NCBI GenBank assembly: GCA_051294905.1
Contig: CM119382.1
Span: 14,570,001-14,634,000, forward strand
Direction of reading: 5' to 3'
Source of the DNA: Botryllus schlosseri
Lineage: Eukaryota
DNA length: 64,000 bases
The notes beneath the pieces were generated by a model. It ran no database searches. It saw only the letters and a program-made list of their open reading frames with translations, and was not told the origin of the DNA. This document shows, in pieces, positions 1 to 10,677 of the stretch. The position numbers were made by a program, and so were the translations under genes. Each line of letters opens with the position of its first letter. The first letter of the stretch is position 1.

Positions 1-90
1 CAGGCTGAAGTTGACAATAGCTGGTTCTTCGAAAAGCATCTAGAAACCGTCCTCAAAATGAATCACAAAAATTCACCGATCACAACCTAC

Positions 91-1307
91 CTCATCAGTT
101 GCGGATGGTGCCGGCCGTAACTTCCTTTCGGCGAGCTGTAATAATTGAACATAACCGACGTCCGCGGCGAAGTCCCGTACACATTTAGAGGCGTGACACC
201 TGTATTTCCGGTGGTCATATATCCAGTCCCATGATAGGAAGACGATAGCATGTGCGTATCTTCAACGAACATGACACAATAAGTGCAATACTAAAGCACT
301 TGTCAATTAAGAGAGGCTACACGACACAGCAGTACACTTCACACGTAACAGTGCCCACTCACGCTACGCTAGATTTTCATGCACTGTTGCTAATTCAACA
401 TCGACACAACACCATATCGTCTTATATCTCATTTCAAAACAGAAAGTAGGCCTGTCACATATGTTACAAAACACGTGCTACCAACTCAGATCATAAATAA
501 CAAGGTGACAAAAAACAACTCACTCTTAATTAAGGATATGTTAAAAACAAATCATTGATATCCAACCACAACTAACCAGACAAAGGAGGGCTAGAACTGT
601 TTGTGAGGCTGCCGTCTGACTCATCCTCAGAAGAGCTGCTGAAAAATCCAGATGAGGAAGGGTGGTACGCACTGACGGGTCTTCCAGCACTCTGCAAGCA
701 TTGGCTAATATTGAATCAACACAATCTTATCCTTCAATATCAAGCATCCCTCGGGATTGCCATCGTTAGCAATCGATACCGTGGCTTATTGATTCAAGAG
801 CAATCGACTTACTTGCGTTCCAATCAACATTTTAAGCAAACGGTCACAAAGACAAAGCTAACCTACTTTCAAACTATGCACCATACGGCCAGCGCTGCAA
901 TTATCTATTGCCGACTGAAAACAAAAAATGCATGGAACCACAAATGCTCACAACATCTGGCTGTATTATAATCTGTAACACGATACCAGTACTTCAAACT
1001 CGGGTAGGCTACATCTTACGGAAGGATGCATATCTCTTCATTGGAGTAGGCTACGGTGTGTAAACAGTTCTGTCAAATTACTCACCGCCTGAGGCTGGAC
1101 CAAACAACCGAGTTCACACAAAGTAAAAACTTATTTGACCCCATGAGTCATCGCGGACCTAATTATAGGAGCTGAGCGTAGGAAAAAGGCATTACTTACC
1201 CTTCCCGGGATCGGGATTCCAACAGGCGCTGCAACCGAATATTCCTTCCTTGTTTGTGGCACACTCCGTCCATTATTAATGATTCCGTTATCCCTTTGTT
1301 GCAGCAT
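91..1307 (-). CDS. 5' exons of an unidentified spliced gene continuing off the left edge
   Basis: Candidate exons: 1200-1307 (MLQQRDNG...PVGIPIPGR, donor GTAAGT), 1086-1094 (9 nt, CCAG|CCTCAGGCG|GTGAGT), one starting at 691 (TTGCAG|SAGRPVSAYHPSSSGFFSSSSEDE...) and one ending at 91 (GAG|GTAGGT). The first three are in phase 0. The donor of the 691 exon and the frame of the last exon (two open frames) are unresolved. No family recognised. Confidence 0.5.
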
Positions 1308-2175
1308 ATTGCTATTCCATTTACATCAGTACTGGATTACATCTAGTCATCGGTATCACACCATTTACCACGGCATGTTTACACCATACGGAATAGATCT
1401 AACAATATAATACACCAATTACTATAAGTGAGAGCATTTGTGGTAAATGAAACAAGATAGCTTGGCCTGAAAACAGTTGAACGTCTTGTGTTAGGAGAAA
1501 AAAGCAATTCACTCTATAAGATGAGACGATGCAGAAAAAATGAGCAAGTAAATCCAATAAATCCAATCGCTGGCGACTTAGTAACATCTACACTTTGAAA
1601 GATCATCGATACAAATCTAATTATAAATCACTCAACAAATCCACTATCACTCAAGCATTTTGGAAAAAGACAATGTAATTTAAGGTCTACTTCATTTCAT
1701 TATCATGACAGCCCGTTGTGCTCACAAAGCGTTTCAAAGGTGTGACACATAAAACTGAAGATTATTCATCATCTCAAAAGTAGGTTGCGCGATAAGACAA
1801 ACAATCTTTTCGTTTCACAATAACGCTGTCGCTGGACATTCCAAGTAACTTCAACGCGAGATCATTCATCATATCGACAGACGTGCCACGCAAGGTCAAA
1901 AAGAACCAGTCCACAAGAGTCGTCATGCAGAATTAACACACAAGAGTTGAAATGTAATCGCAACATTAAACGATACTGCTGAATCAGACTTATTCAAGCA
2001 CTGGGATTTAGGGACTGATAAATAACATCTGCACTTTTTCCGAAAATTTCCAAGATAGCAATGGCAAATACCGATGATATCACATTTCACACCATACGCA
2101 CATTGCATGGTTGATCGATATTCTTAGCGACACTAATTTTAATCGTGTAACCTACGGGGCAGAAGGTCTATATAG

Positions 2176-4149
2176 TTACGGGCGCATGTGAGCCGAAGTA
2201 GAGAACAGCAACGTCTGTTTTTTCTTTTTCTTCGCCTTCCTGCCTTTCGAAGCTCCAGCAGATTCCGTACTCCCCTTGCGTGTGTCTGAAGACGTACACT
2301 GCATGTTATCCAAAGCTGCGGTTAACGCATCACCAAACGAGGACTGAAACGCAGGCGCGTGGTAGTACGGATCGTCATCTTCATCACAAGTAGTACCAAT
2401 TCCCGACAGAGACTGAGATAGAACATTCCGCTTCATGGTTGCTTTCTGTGGCCATGCACTACTGCCTTTTCCTTGGCTGCATCTGAGTTTTTCAGCGAAA
2501 GACACAGACCCCGGTACTTGTCCAGGCGGCGACAGGCTCATATCCGATGAGTAGGATCCAACAGATGATAACGATTTAGTAGCGCCTTCAATTTGTATAC
2601 TCGCAGATACCACGACTGAATCATCCGAGAGAAAAGACGCACCTCTCACCGACTCTCTCCACTTTTGCGCTTCTGCGATATCCGCTCTCTTCCTTGCGTC
2701 GTTCTCCTGTCTCTCCTTTCTCTGTCGGCTTTGCATTCTTTGCTTTATCAACGTCGCGAACCCGTCGAGAGTCTCCTGCGAAACTAACGGCGGTCTCAAA
2801 TCCAGCTCTACTATCCTGTACTCGCAAGACAGCGGCAAGTGCGACAGATACTTGTGGCGTTTTCTCAGCTCTTCCGTCATTATGAAGGTTTCGACGTGGA
2901 CCATGGGAGCTTCGATGACTGGCGGGCATTCCTTGAAGTGAGAGTATTCCTTCAGCAAACACTTGACGTTGATCCCATCCAAAAACACATAACCGTCGCC
3001 TTCGATTTGGTAGAAGTAATAGTAACTTGTTTGATCTTGTGAATTTGTACAAGTTGACGTTGCCTGTTCGGCGTTGTTGTTGACACTCATGGAACGCACA
3101 TCTAAATTGGGTGCTTTCTCGCGAACACTGGAGATTTCCATCAATAAATCCACTTTGCGAGCATCGCAATCCGCCAGCGCACAGTTTAGAAATTCCTTCT
3201 CGAATTCATCCACTTCCAAACTCAGTCTGGCACTCAGCATTTCCATCTCGGGTTCTACGATCCATTCCAGTACTTGCGCGGGCGAGTATTCCATGAATTT
3301 TGCGTTTTCATAATCGAAAAGATGGTCACCTACTTCAGAAATAGGCCTGGGAGAGAGAGAGCTTGCTTTCCTCGCCATCAAATTCATTTTGAGAACGCAG
3401 CCGGCCAGCAGAGGCTGCGTCTCTAAGAAAGACACGCTTCGCAAATCGGCTTTACGAACGTTGACTGCGCAAATCGGACAATCCCTCACTGATTTTCCCT
3501 TTTCGTCTAACGCCAGATAATGCAAGATACAGGGCCAGCAGTAAATGTGACCGCAACGTGTGATTTTGGGCACTGTCGGCGGGTACAAACAGATCGGGCA
3601 TGTCGCATCGTCGTTGACTTGAAATAATACCTTTTCCACATATTCCCATGGTATGACAGCATCTGGGTCAGTAGCATGTATCAAGTAATCTTCCCCTTTT
3701 TTTGTTAAAAACCGGGAGTTGGCTTGCAAGAATCTTTCCTTATTGTAAGCGGTACATGATGAAGTCCTGACTCGACTCGGTTTCGCAGCAGACCAATTCG
3801 AATAGCCCGTGTCTTCGTAATGCCTCGGTTCAAATTTGAAATTTAGGAGATGATTCAGCGATACCTTTTTGGAACCGTCTTTCACCGTCCCGTTGGCGTT
3901 AACATACGATCCGCCGGGCGCATACTTCTCAAATCTGCCTTCTTTACGCTGGCCGTCTACACGCTGATGTTTCCAATGCCGGGTGTTGTTTTTCTTGTTG
4001 TCGAAATGATCTTGCTGTTGTCTTCTTGCAGGCCCTTTTGAAGGGTGATGGGAGCCAGGGCGTTCATCTTTTAAACTCTTGTTGCTAGCGTTGGTTGGAG
4101 TGCTGACTGGATTGCTTTTTGTATTTTTATTGTAAGGGCATATGGACAT
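2176..4149 (-). CDS. RNF10: RING finger protein 10 (E3 ubiquitin ligase), intronless CDS, 657 aa
   Basis: Motifs SLNHLLNFKFEPR, YNKERFLQAN, C3HC4 RING CPICLYPPTVPKITRCGHIYCWPCILHYL...CPIC, YYYFYQ, LRKRHKYLSHLPL and C-terminal KKKKKQTLLFST all match the RNF10 family as recalled. Confidence 0.96.
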   Translation of the reverse strand: MSICPYNKNTKSNPVSTPTNASNKSLKDERPGSHHPSKGPARRQQQDHFDNKKNNTRHWKHQRVDGQRKEGRFEKYAPGGSYVNANGTVKDGSKKVSLNHLLNFKFEPRHYEDTGYSNWSAAKPSRVRTSSCTAYNKERFLQANSRFLTKKGEDYLIHATDPDAVIPWEYVEKVLFQVNDDATCPICLYPPTVPKITRCGHIYCWPCILHYLALDEKGKSVRDCPICAVNVRKADLRSVSFLETQPLLAGCVLKMNLMARKASSLSPRPISEVGDHLFDYENAKFMEYSPAQVLEWIVEPEMEMLSARLSLEVDEFEKEFLNCALADCDARKVDLLMEISSVREKAPNLDVRSMSVNNNAEQATSTCTNSQDQTSYYYFYQIEGDGYVFLDGINVKCLLKEYSHFKECPPVIEAPMVHVETFIMTEELRKRHKYLSHLPLSCEYRIVELDLRPPLVSQETLDGFATLIKQRMQSRQRKERQENDARKRADIAEAQKWRESVRGASFLSDDSVVVSASIQIEGATKSLSSVGSYSSDMSLSPPGQVPGSVSFAEKLRCSQGKGSSAWPQKATMKRNVLSQSLSGIGTTCDEDDDPYYHAPAFQSSFGDALTAALDNMQCTSSDTRKGSTESAGASKGRKAKKKKKQTLLFSTSAHMRP

Positions 4150-4191
4150 AACAGAAAATGGTGGGAAAATAGGGAAGGAACACTAGGGTAC

Positions 4192-4255
4192 CTGGCGTAG
4201 AAAAAGCGTGATCGACCAATATGGAAATTTATCACAAATATTGATATTTTCATAC
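4192..4255 (-). other. Probable 64-bp intron in the RNF10 5' UTR
   Basis: Minus strand GTATGA...CTTTTTCTACGCCAG, 42 nt upstream of the ATG; length matches the minimal introns elsewhere in the window. Confidence 0.55.
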
Positions 4256-6089
4256 CCACAAGGCACAACTCTTCGACATCAATATGCACTAAGAGTTTCC
4301 TACAATTTGATGAACGAAACTATTTCAACAAAACCGCATAAACCAATTTCTAGTCTAAATGATGTTTTCTCAAAATATTGCTGGATATTTTCACTAACAC
4401 ACCAATAGTGTGACGTCCAGTGACTGTCTTAACCAGTGGTTAGCTTGAGATTGCGAGTTGAGAAAGATAAGATCTACAAACCACAAAGTGCACAGCACAC
4501 ACAAGCAGGATCGATAAGCAAATGTGCCATAAACTCGGATATTATAACAAGTCATTCTTCAAATTTAGGTTGGTAATAAGTTTCAGACTTGTTGACAAAC
4601 TTCAAAAATGCTTCACTATATAATAAAATGAAGCTGCTTAATTATAAGAAAAGGAAGACCATCACAGTTGTACTGCTTATCATGGGAAAATTACTGACAT
4701 AAGGTAAAAAATATGAAGAAGGTGCCAGCCTAGCTCCATACTGGATGTTCCCTATTATTCCAATGTGACAATTACCTAATCCGAATCAGGTAACAGCTAG
4801 CTTCAACGCAATTGGTGGGCCTACCCACAATACAAGATAAAATGACATTACCCGATTTAGTTAAGGTGACTTACGCCAGATATTAAACAGCAAACGATAA
4901 AAAAATAGAAAGAAATGTAATAATTATTTCCATGTTCCGGAAATTTCTGACTACTTGATTCGAACTATCAAAGTGAAGCTTAAGTAATGATTTTAAGATA
5001 TGTTCTTGCTTTTAGCCTAACCAAATTCGACTTTAGTATTCTTTGTAGCCACAGGCATCATCGAAATACTGCATTGCCACACTCCTTCTCGGCTAACGCC
5101 AATACACATGACATAATAAAGTCTGAGTAAATGATTGTTTGCAAAGGGTGACATACGACTAACAAGTACCACGTAAGACTTCTGAAAGAGCGATATTTGC
5201 ATTGCATTATTTGTATTAATGAGAACAAAAAATCAGACAATATAATAATGCACGTCTAACACGTGGATAAACCCAAGTTGCAGTTGCAGGCTGCTAGGTA
5301 AAAGGTTCAAGGTTGCGTTATCAATATGTTTGGTCCGTCACGTAACCAACACATTCGCAAATGGTAGTATATCTAGTGTGTAATCATTGTTTTGAATTAC
5401 AACATCATATTGCTCTATCCAACTAGCCGATCTCGAGTTCTTGAAAAAGATTCGCAGTTGATCGCAATAAGGGCCAAAGTTGGCCATACCCGCCCGATTG
5501 TGGTGACCAGTGTGATCTGCTGCTATTATGAAGCATTGAAATGAGCACAAATCACGATAGTAGCTATTAGTCATGACACACCACTATAAGCTTCACACCA
5601 CAGGAAAAGGAAATAATCACTAAATTGTAAAGACAAAAGAAGCGGCAATGTAACACTAGATTTAGGAAACAAATATTCCAGAAAGTATGCTCATGCTCGC
5701 ATTAATTATTGCCGACTTACTGATATTTACAACTATAGGAATTTATAGTAGAAGCAATTTCAATTGCTTTCGAATTTAGGAGAAGCAGCCTTCATTACAT
5801 GCAGCAGATATATGGTTGGCAGTAGCAAAATATCTCAAAATAGCAGGAGTCAAGACCGAATACAACCCACAGAGGTGGTGTGATATTAGATACAGTCAGT
5901 AATTTCTGCTACACAAATTGCATCTCACGCAATTTCATATTTCATTAATATATTAAGTGTGCTTTGGCTGATTCAGTGATGATATCACAATTTAATGAAA
6001 GTATGATTCTGTGGGCTGTGGTTTAATCAAATATCCTCTCAAGCACGAGAATATATCAGCTCAACTGAAATATGCCATATACGTATATA

Positions 6090-7540
6090 ACCAACGACTG
6101 CCGAACGAGCAGACGCGAACGAAACGATGAAGCTCTCGGCGACGGCCGACGCCGGTCGGGTCACGGCTTTCTGTGCTAGTGTTCGTCGTGACCCGGGCCG
6201 TGGCGCCGACCCCGGAAGTGGCCGACCGATCCGAATCGGTTCGCGGGGCGGAACGTGTTCGCGCGCTGACCGGCGCGCAAGTTCCGGATCCGCGCGAGAC
6301 GGCTGCGTAAACGACCGGTTTTCGACGGCGGGGCGGCTCGATCGAGCTGTGCAAAATTAACACTTCTACTTCCTAAAGCCGCGTTTCGCGGAGCTAGCAA
6401 GACCCGCAGCCCCATCTGACCCGCGCTCGTCTGAGGGGCAGTTCAGACCTGTCAGGCGATGACCGCAGCCCGGTTCTGCCACGTCGCCAACCAGTACTAC
6501 AACGCGGCAAAAGCCCATTTTGATCGGCCCTCGCTCGCCACGGGGGAGAGCGATAGCCTGAGCGTCGAGCGCCGCGCTGGAAATTGGGACTCTAAATTGA
6601 AAGAGCGATAAGCTTTTAGAAACGACGGGTCATAAGTTTACGACAATGTGTATTGGGCTTCGAGTCGTGTCGAGTGTTCGATTATCAATGAGAACGGCGT
6701 GGAAAGTTGAAATGTATACAAATTATACATGTAGAGTGGCCACAGCGAATAAAATGTCAGTTTCGCATCGGATTAAATGTAATTGCGACAGGACAGGTAT
6801 ATTTTCCGAGCGTACCTGTTTAATTGCGCATTTTTGATGATAATTCTGGGATGATCCACCGATCAAGCATAATCCCGGAATTATCAAAGATTTATCAAAG
6901 AAAAATTGAAATCACTCCACTTCTACGGCTTGGAATTCAAAATGCTTGGAATTCAAAATTTTCATGCTGTACTAAATCCGCGAATATTGGTTAGAATGAA
7001 TTCGAATCTGGTGTACGTCGTTTTATCGATTTAATCACGTAACCAGCAAGATTCAGAAATAAAGGTTATTTTTCAACAGTCCTATTGCGCATCCATTTTC
7101 ACTGTTGCCGCGGCTCGACCACGACTTCACAGATATCTCGTATACAATGACGCACCCCGCTTCGTATGCCGCAACGCGTTGGGAAATGACTTCGAAACTA
7201 TAAATTAACTCTTAGCGACAGGATCGTCTAATTTCAGTACGCTAAGAAATCATGTATCACTACACGATTAGAATCTTTAAAATTGTTACTCTGTTCATTT
7301 TTGAGTGCCCGTGCCATTGTGTTCGCCCGGCCCCAAACTACGAGCCCGCTCGCGGACGGCGGAACCGCGGGATTATGCGAGAGACCTCCAGCGGATGACG
7401 CGAGCGTGCGAATTCGAATTGCCGCGTATCGTCTCCCGCTCTCGAGGGCGTCGTGGCCTAATGGGTATAAGCACTGTGCTTGCCTCGCCGCCGCGCTGCG
7501 CCGCCGCCGGGGCTCGAATCCCTCCCACCAAAGGCGAAAA
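6090..7540. promoter_or_regulatory. CpG/GC-rich patches (about 6100-6600 and 7280-7540), likely divergent promoter region
   Basis: Sharp local GC/CpG enrichment against an AT-rich background, lying between the RNF10 5' end (minus) and plus-strand exons at 7.9-8.2 kb. Confidence 0.5.
7447..7530 (+). pseudogene. Degenerate tRNA-like sequence (type II length) or SINE head
   Basis: A-box-like TGGCCTAATGG at 7454, B-box-like GGCTCGAATCC (T54 to C), partial D, anticodon and T arms, 84 nt; acceptor stem does not pair. Confidence 0.3.
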
Positions 7541-7898
7541 TGAAGAGAGAAAAAGTTAAGTTTACGGTATGGTTACGCCCAAAGAATGTAGAAGGGCATG
7601 AAGTGCGAGGTCATTGTTGCGTCATGCCACTGTTACGTTGCGGCATCCATTTTGGTCTCAAAAGACCACAAAAACAGCCTGAACCTATGTGTGAGGCTGT
7701 AGTTTTCGGTCATATTGGCAGTGATATTTATGGGATTACGCCCGCAACTGGGATATCGGACATAGAAACCAAGGTGAATTTATGTATTTTCGTTGTCTGC
7801 TGGTCGTTTTTATTTCAGATCACCCCGGACTACCACAGCAAAATGCATTTCTGGGCTGCATCAACGAATTGTAGACCTACATATGGCGATATATTTAG

Positions 7899-8254
7899 AA
7901 TCTCAACCTAAAGGCTTCTTGTGAGAATTGTATCCTGTTGAAGCAGGAGATGGAGCTAGTAAGATTCAATATGGCCAATAGAAACTTTCCGCATACATAC
8001 TGTAACAGCATAGACCACCCAATACGATATAAAGTCACCCATCTTAAAATTTGCAGCTACAAGGCCGGTGTCAGGAGAAAGATGAAGAAATTGCGCGGTT
8101 GAAATCGCTGGTAATGCGAAATCATTGTGAAATTAATTGTAGCATTTTGACGATACAAATACACAATGAAAACCATACAAGATACCCAAATGTGATTAAT
8201 AGCGGAATTGCACAGTTTATGATCGTTTTGGAACTTGGATGTAAGCTCGGATAA
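7899..8254 (+). CDS. Probable 3' exons of a small coiled-coil protein
   Basis: Phase-0 chain: 7899-7958 NLNLKASCENCILLKQEMEL (GTAAGA), 8057-8110 LQGRCQEKDEEIARLKSL (TTGCAG/GTAATG), 8246-8254 LG*. Upstream exons (7540-7880) could not be phased unambiguously. Confidence 0.45.
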
Positions 8255-8440
8255 CAAGGAACAGATGGAGGAGGATAGGAAGGTTTTTTCAACAAGGATC
8301 AGATTCAGGCTTTGAAAAGAGAAGGGCAGGCCAGGCCTCTGGATGCAGATGGGCCTGTGATACATTTATGTCAGCACTGAAAATCAGGTTTTCATTTGGA
8401 AAGCATGGGTAGTTTTTTAGCTCCAACAGTGCTTCTATAT

Positions 8441-9562
8441 CAGGGGTGGGCAAACTACGGCCCGCGGGCCGAATGCGGCCCGCAACACCGTTTTGTGCGG
8501 CCCGCGAGAGTCTAAGGAAACTTTTTCAAAATATTGATAAAATGCGTACTAAAAATCGAATTAATGCAGGGACTTGAATAACTTTTTCTTAGTATATTTC
8601 ACCATGATAATTCTAAGACAGTGGTTTTCAAACTGGTGGGCGCGCCCCCCTTGGGGGCGTGAAGGCATCTGAAGTGGGGCGCGAAGCTGACCTGAACTGA
8701 CGAAAATTTTCGCGCTCCGCGCGATTTACATCCATTTCATAGTTAGTGCTCTGTATTTAGTCTGAATTACATATTTAAAAATCTCTCATTCACAGTCGTA
8801 ACCTTCCATGCCATCAAACTTCCCGTTAGGTTGGCGAGCATATCCTGGTTGCGTTTTGTGATATGACGATTAGGGGATGAGAAATCTTTCACCACCATAT
8901 GGGGAGGCGGGCGTGTCTTAAAAAGTTTGAATCCACAGATCTAAGGTAAATACTTAATATCACAGCGGGATAGCTGCAACGATATTGACATAATTTGGAT
9001 CACGAGTGGGATTTCAGATTGGCCACTCTATTTTTAATTATTTCAGTGATGTGCTTATAAAAAACGATTCGGTCGTCTGTTAGGTAGATTCGGGGTCTGT
9101 ATGCGTGGAATTGGTGTATTTATATTTTATCTACACATAGTAGAAGCGTGTTCGAAGCTAACATGGTTATGATGCTGCCAGCATTGTGTGTCCGGGAACT
9201 GAACCAAAAGTGGAATTAGTAAATCTATGAACCTATCGCTGCTCACAGATATAAATTTCAATCCTGTTCTAAGAATCGGGCAAATCGACTTCCATCTCTA
9301 TAGTTTTGACGAATTGGTTATCGAGGTCCGCCAGCCTATGAAATCTCGCCACTATATGTTTCTGACGCGTGTATGATATCATCAAAGTAATGTCTGCGGC
9401 TTGTTTTAAATAAGCACATATAATATCTCCAGCATGTTCTCACTATATAATCAAATATCAATATTGCGTTTTGGGTTATAATCCCAATTTTATATAGTGC
9501 GGCCCGCGAATGGATTCAGATGTTGAATGCGGCCCGCGAGCTCAAAAGTTTGCCCACCCCTG
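8441..9562. mobile_element. Non-autonomous hAT element
   Basis: TIRs CAGGGGTGGGCAAACT / AGTTTGCCCACCCCTG, perfect 8-bp TSD TTCTATAT, subterminal GCGGCCCGC repeats. Confidence 0.92.
8619..8938. mobile_element. hAT MITE nested in the 8441-9562 element
   Basis: Ends CAGTGGTTTTCAAACT / AGTTTGAATCCACAG; flanks TTCTAAGA / ATCTAAGG (degenerate 8-bp TSD). Confidence 0.75.
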
Positions 9563-10232
9563 TTCTATATCGAATGTAAACATTCGATGGTGTAGATATC
9601 TGAGTAAATCCTTTGATACCACAAACATTTTTATTAATTTTTTAATATGTTCTCGGCAAAAAATCACAAACAAAATATGCGACGGAATCCGACCCGAATA
9701 CGCAGAAATACAACAAAAACAACCGCCGATACCCCTGTCCGCCCGCGACAAACGCGACTACACGTGCCCCAATACGGACCGGGACGGGGCTCGTTCACTT
9801 GAGGACCAATTCTACTACATCCTCATGGAGAAAATGGATTTTTGGTCCGAAAGTGAACGAGCCCCGTAGGTACGTCAATTAGATTAGCGGACCTGGACGC
9901 CTCTGCATTACCTTTTTCCTAGAATTCATGATCATTTCCTATAGAGAAAGGTTCAAGCGGGTATTTATGTTAAAAACAATTTGTTTTTCTCGTATAATAT
10001 CACTTTCAATATGCATATTTCCATCACAGTCCCGTGAATTCAATAAATTCATTTGCGCATATAGAAACTGGATTTTTGACGGTCCGGAGTTCGTGGACGG
10101 GTTTTAGCTTCGAGCTAACGGATCGGAATCTTCGAGGAAACGATCGAGTCGAATCTAGTAGAACATCTACGGAGGTATTTGGCAATATTCATGTAGGTTA
10201 GGAAGGGACACTGTGGATATACATATGTATTA

Positions 10233-10677
10233 CACTACAAAAAAAAATCAGACAAATTTGGTCTCAAATCGATTTTTTACAAAAAAAAGTCTTAAAGACC
10301 AATAAGTCTTACCAAGTACTTTATGTCTCAAAAGTAAGCCAGAAATTGATCGAAAATAGTAGCAGTGCCTCGGGGGCATCCTTTTCAGTGTTAGGGGTCT
10401 GAGCGGAGGAGGGGAAGGATGAGAGAGACCAGAAATTGCAGTGTTGAGATGATCCTGTACTAAGTTTACAAGGTATTCACTAGATATAGTTATCAAGGTA
10501 CATGCCACTTACTACTCACATGTACTATTCAGATCAATATATATATGGTTGTCTGAGTCGAAAATAGCATTTATGGTGAGTGGGTGGTAAAATGAGACCA
10601 AATCATCATCATTTCTTAAATTTGAGACCAAGTTTGTCTAATTTTGAGACCAATTTGTCTAATTTTTTTTTGTAGTG
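10233..10677. mobile_element. CACTA/CMC-like MITE
   Basis: TIRs CACTACAAAAAAAAAT(C/T)AGACAAATT...GGTCTCAAA and its inverse; TA on both sides; subterminal TTTGAGACCAA repeats. Confidence 0.75.

Noticed and set aside
255-600. In-frame UGA (selenocysteine) formed at a splice junction of the left-edge gene
   Set aside because: It arises only with one of several possible donors; other donors avoid it and no SECIS is visible.
2621-3313. Overlapping and antisense ORFs within RNF10
   Set aside because: Shadow frames of a real CDS with no recognisable motifs.
6400-6470. RNase P/MRP RNA (GCAGTTCAGACC resembles CR-V)
   Set aside because: No matching CR-I/P4 partner on either strand.
9784-9867. SECIS element
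   Set aside because: UGA/GA tandem is present, but there is no internal loop below it, no apical AA at the right distance and no selenoprotein ORF upstream.
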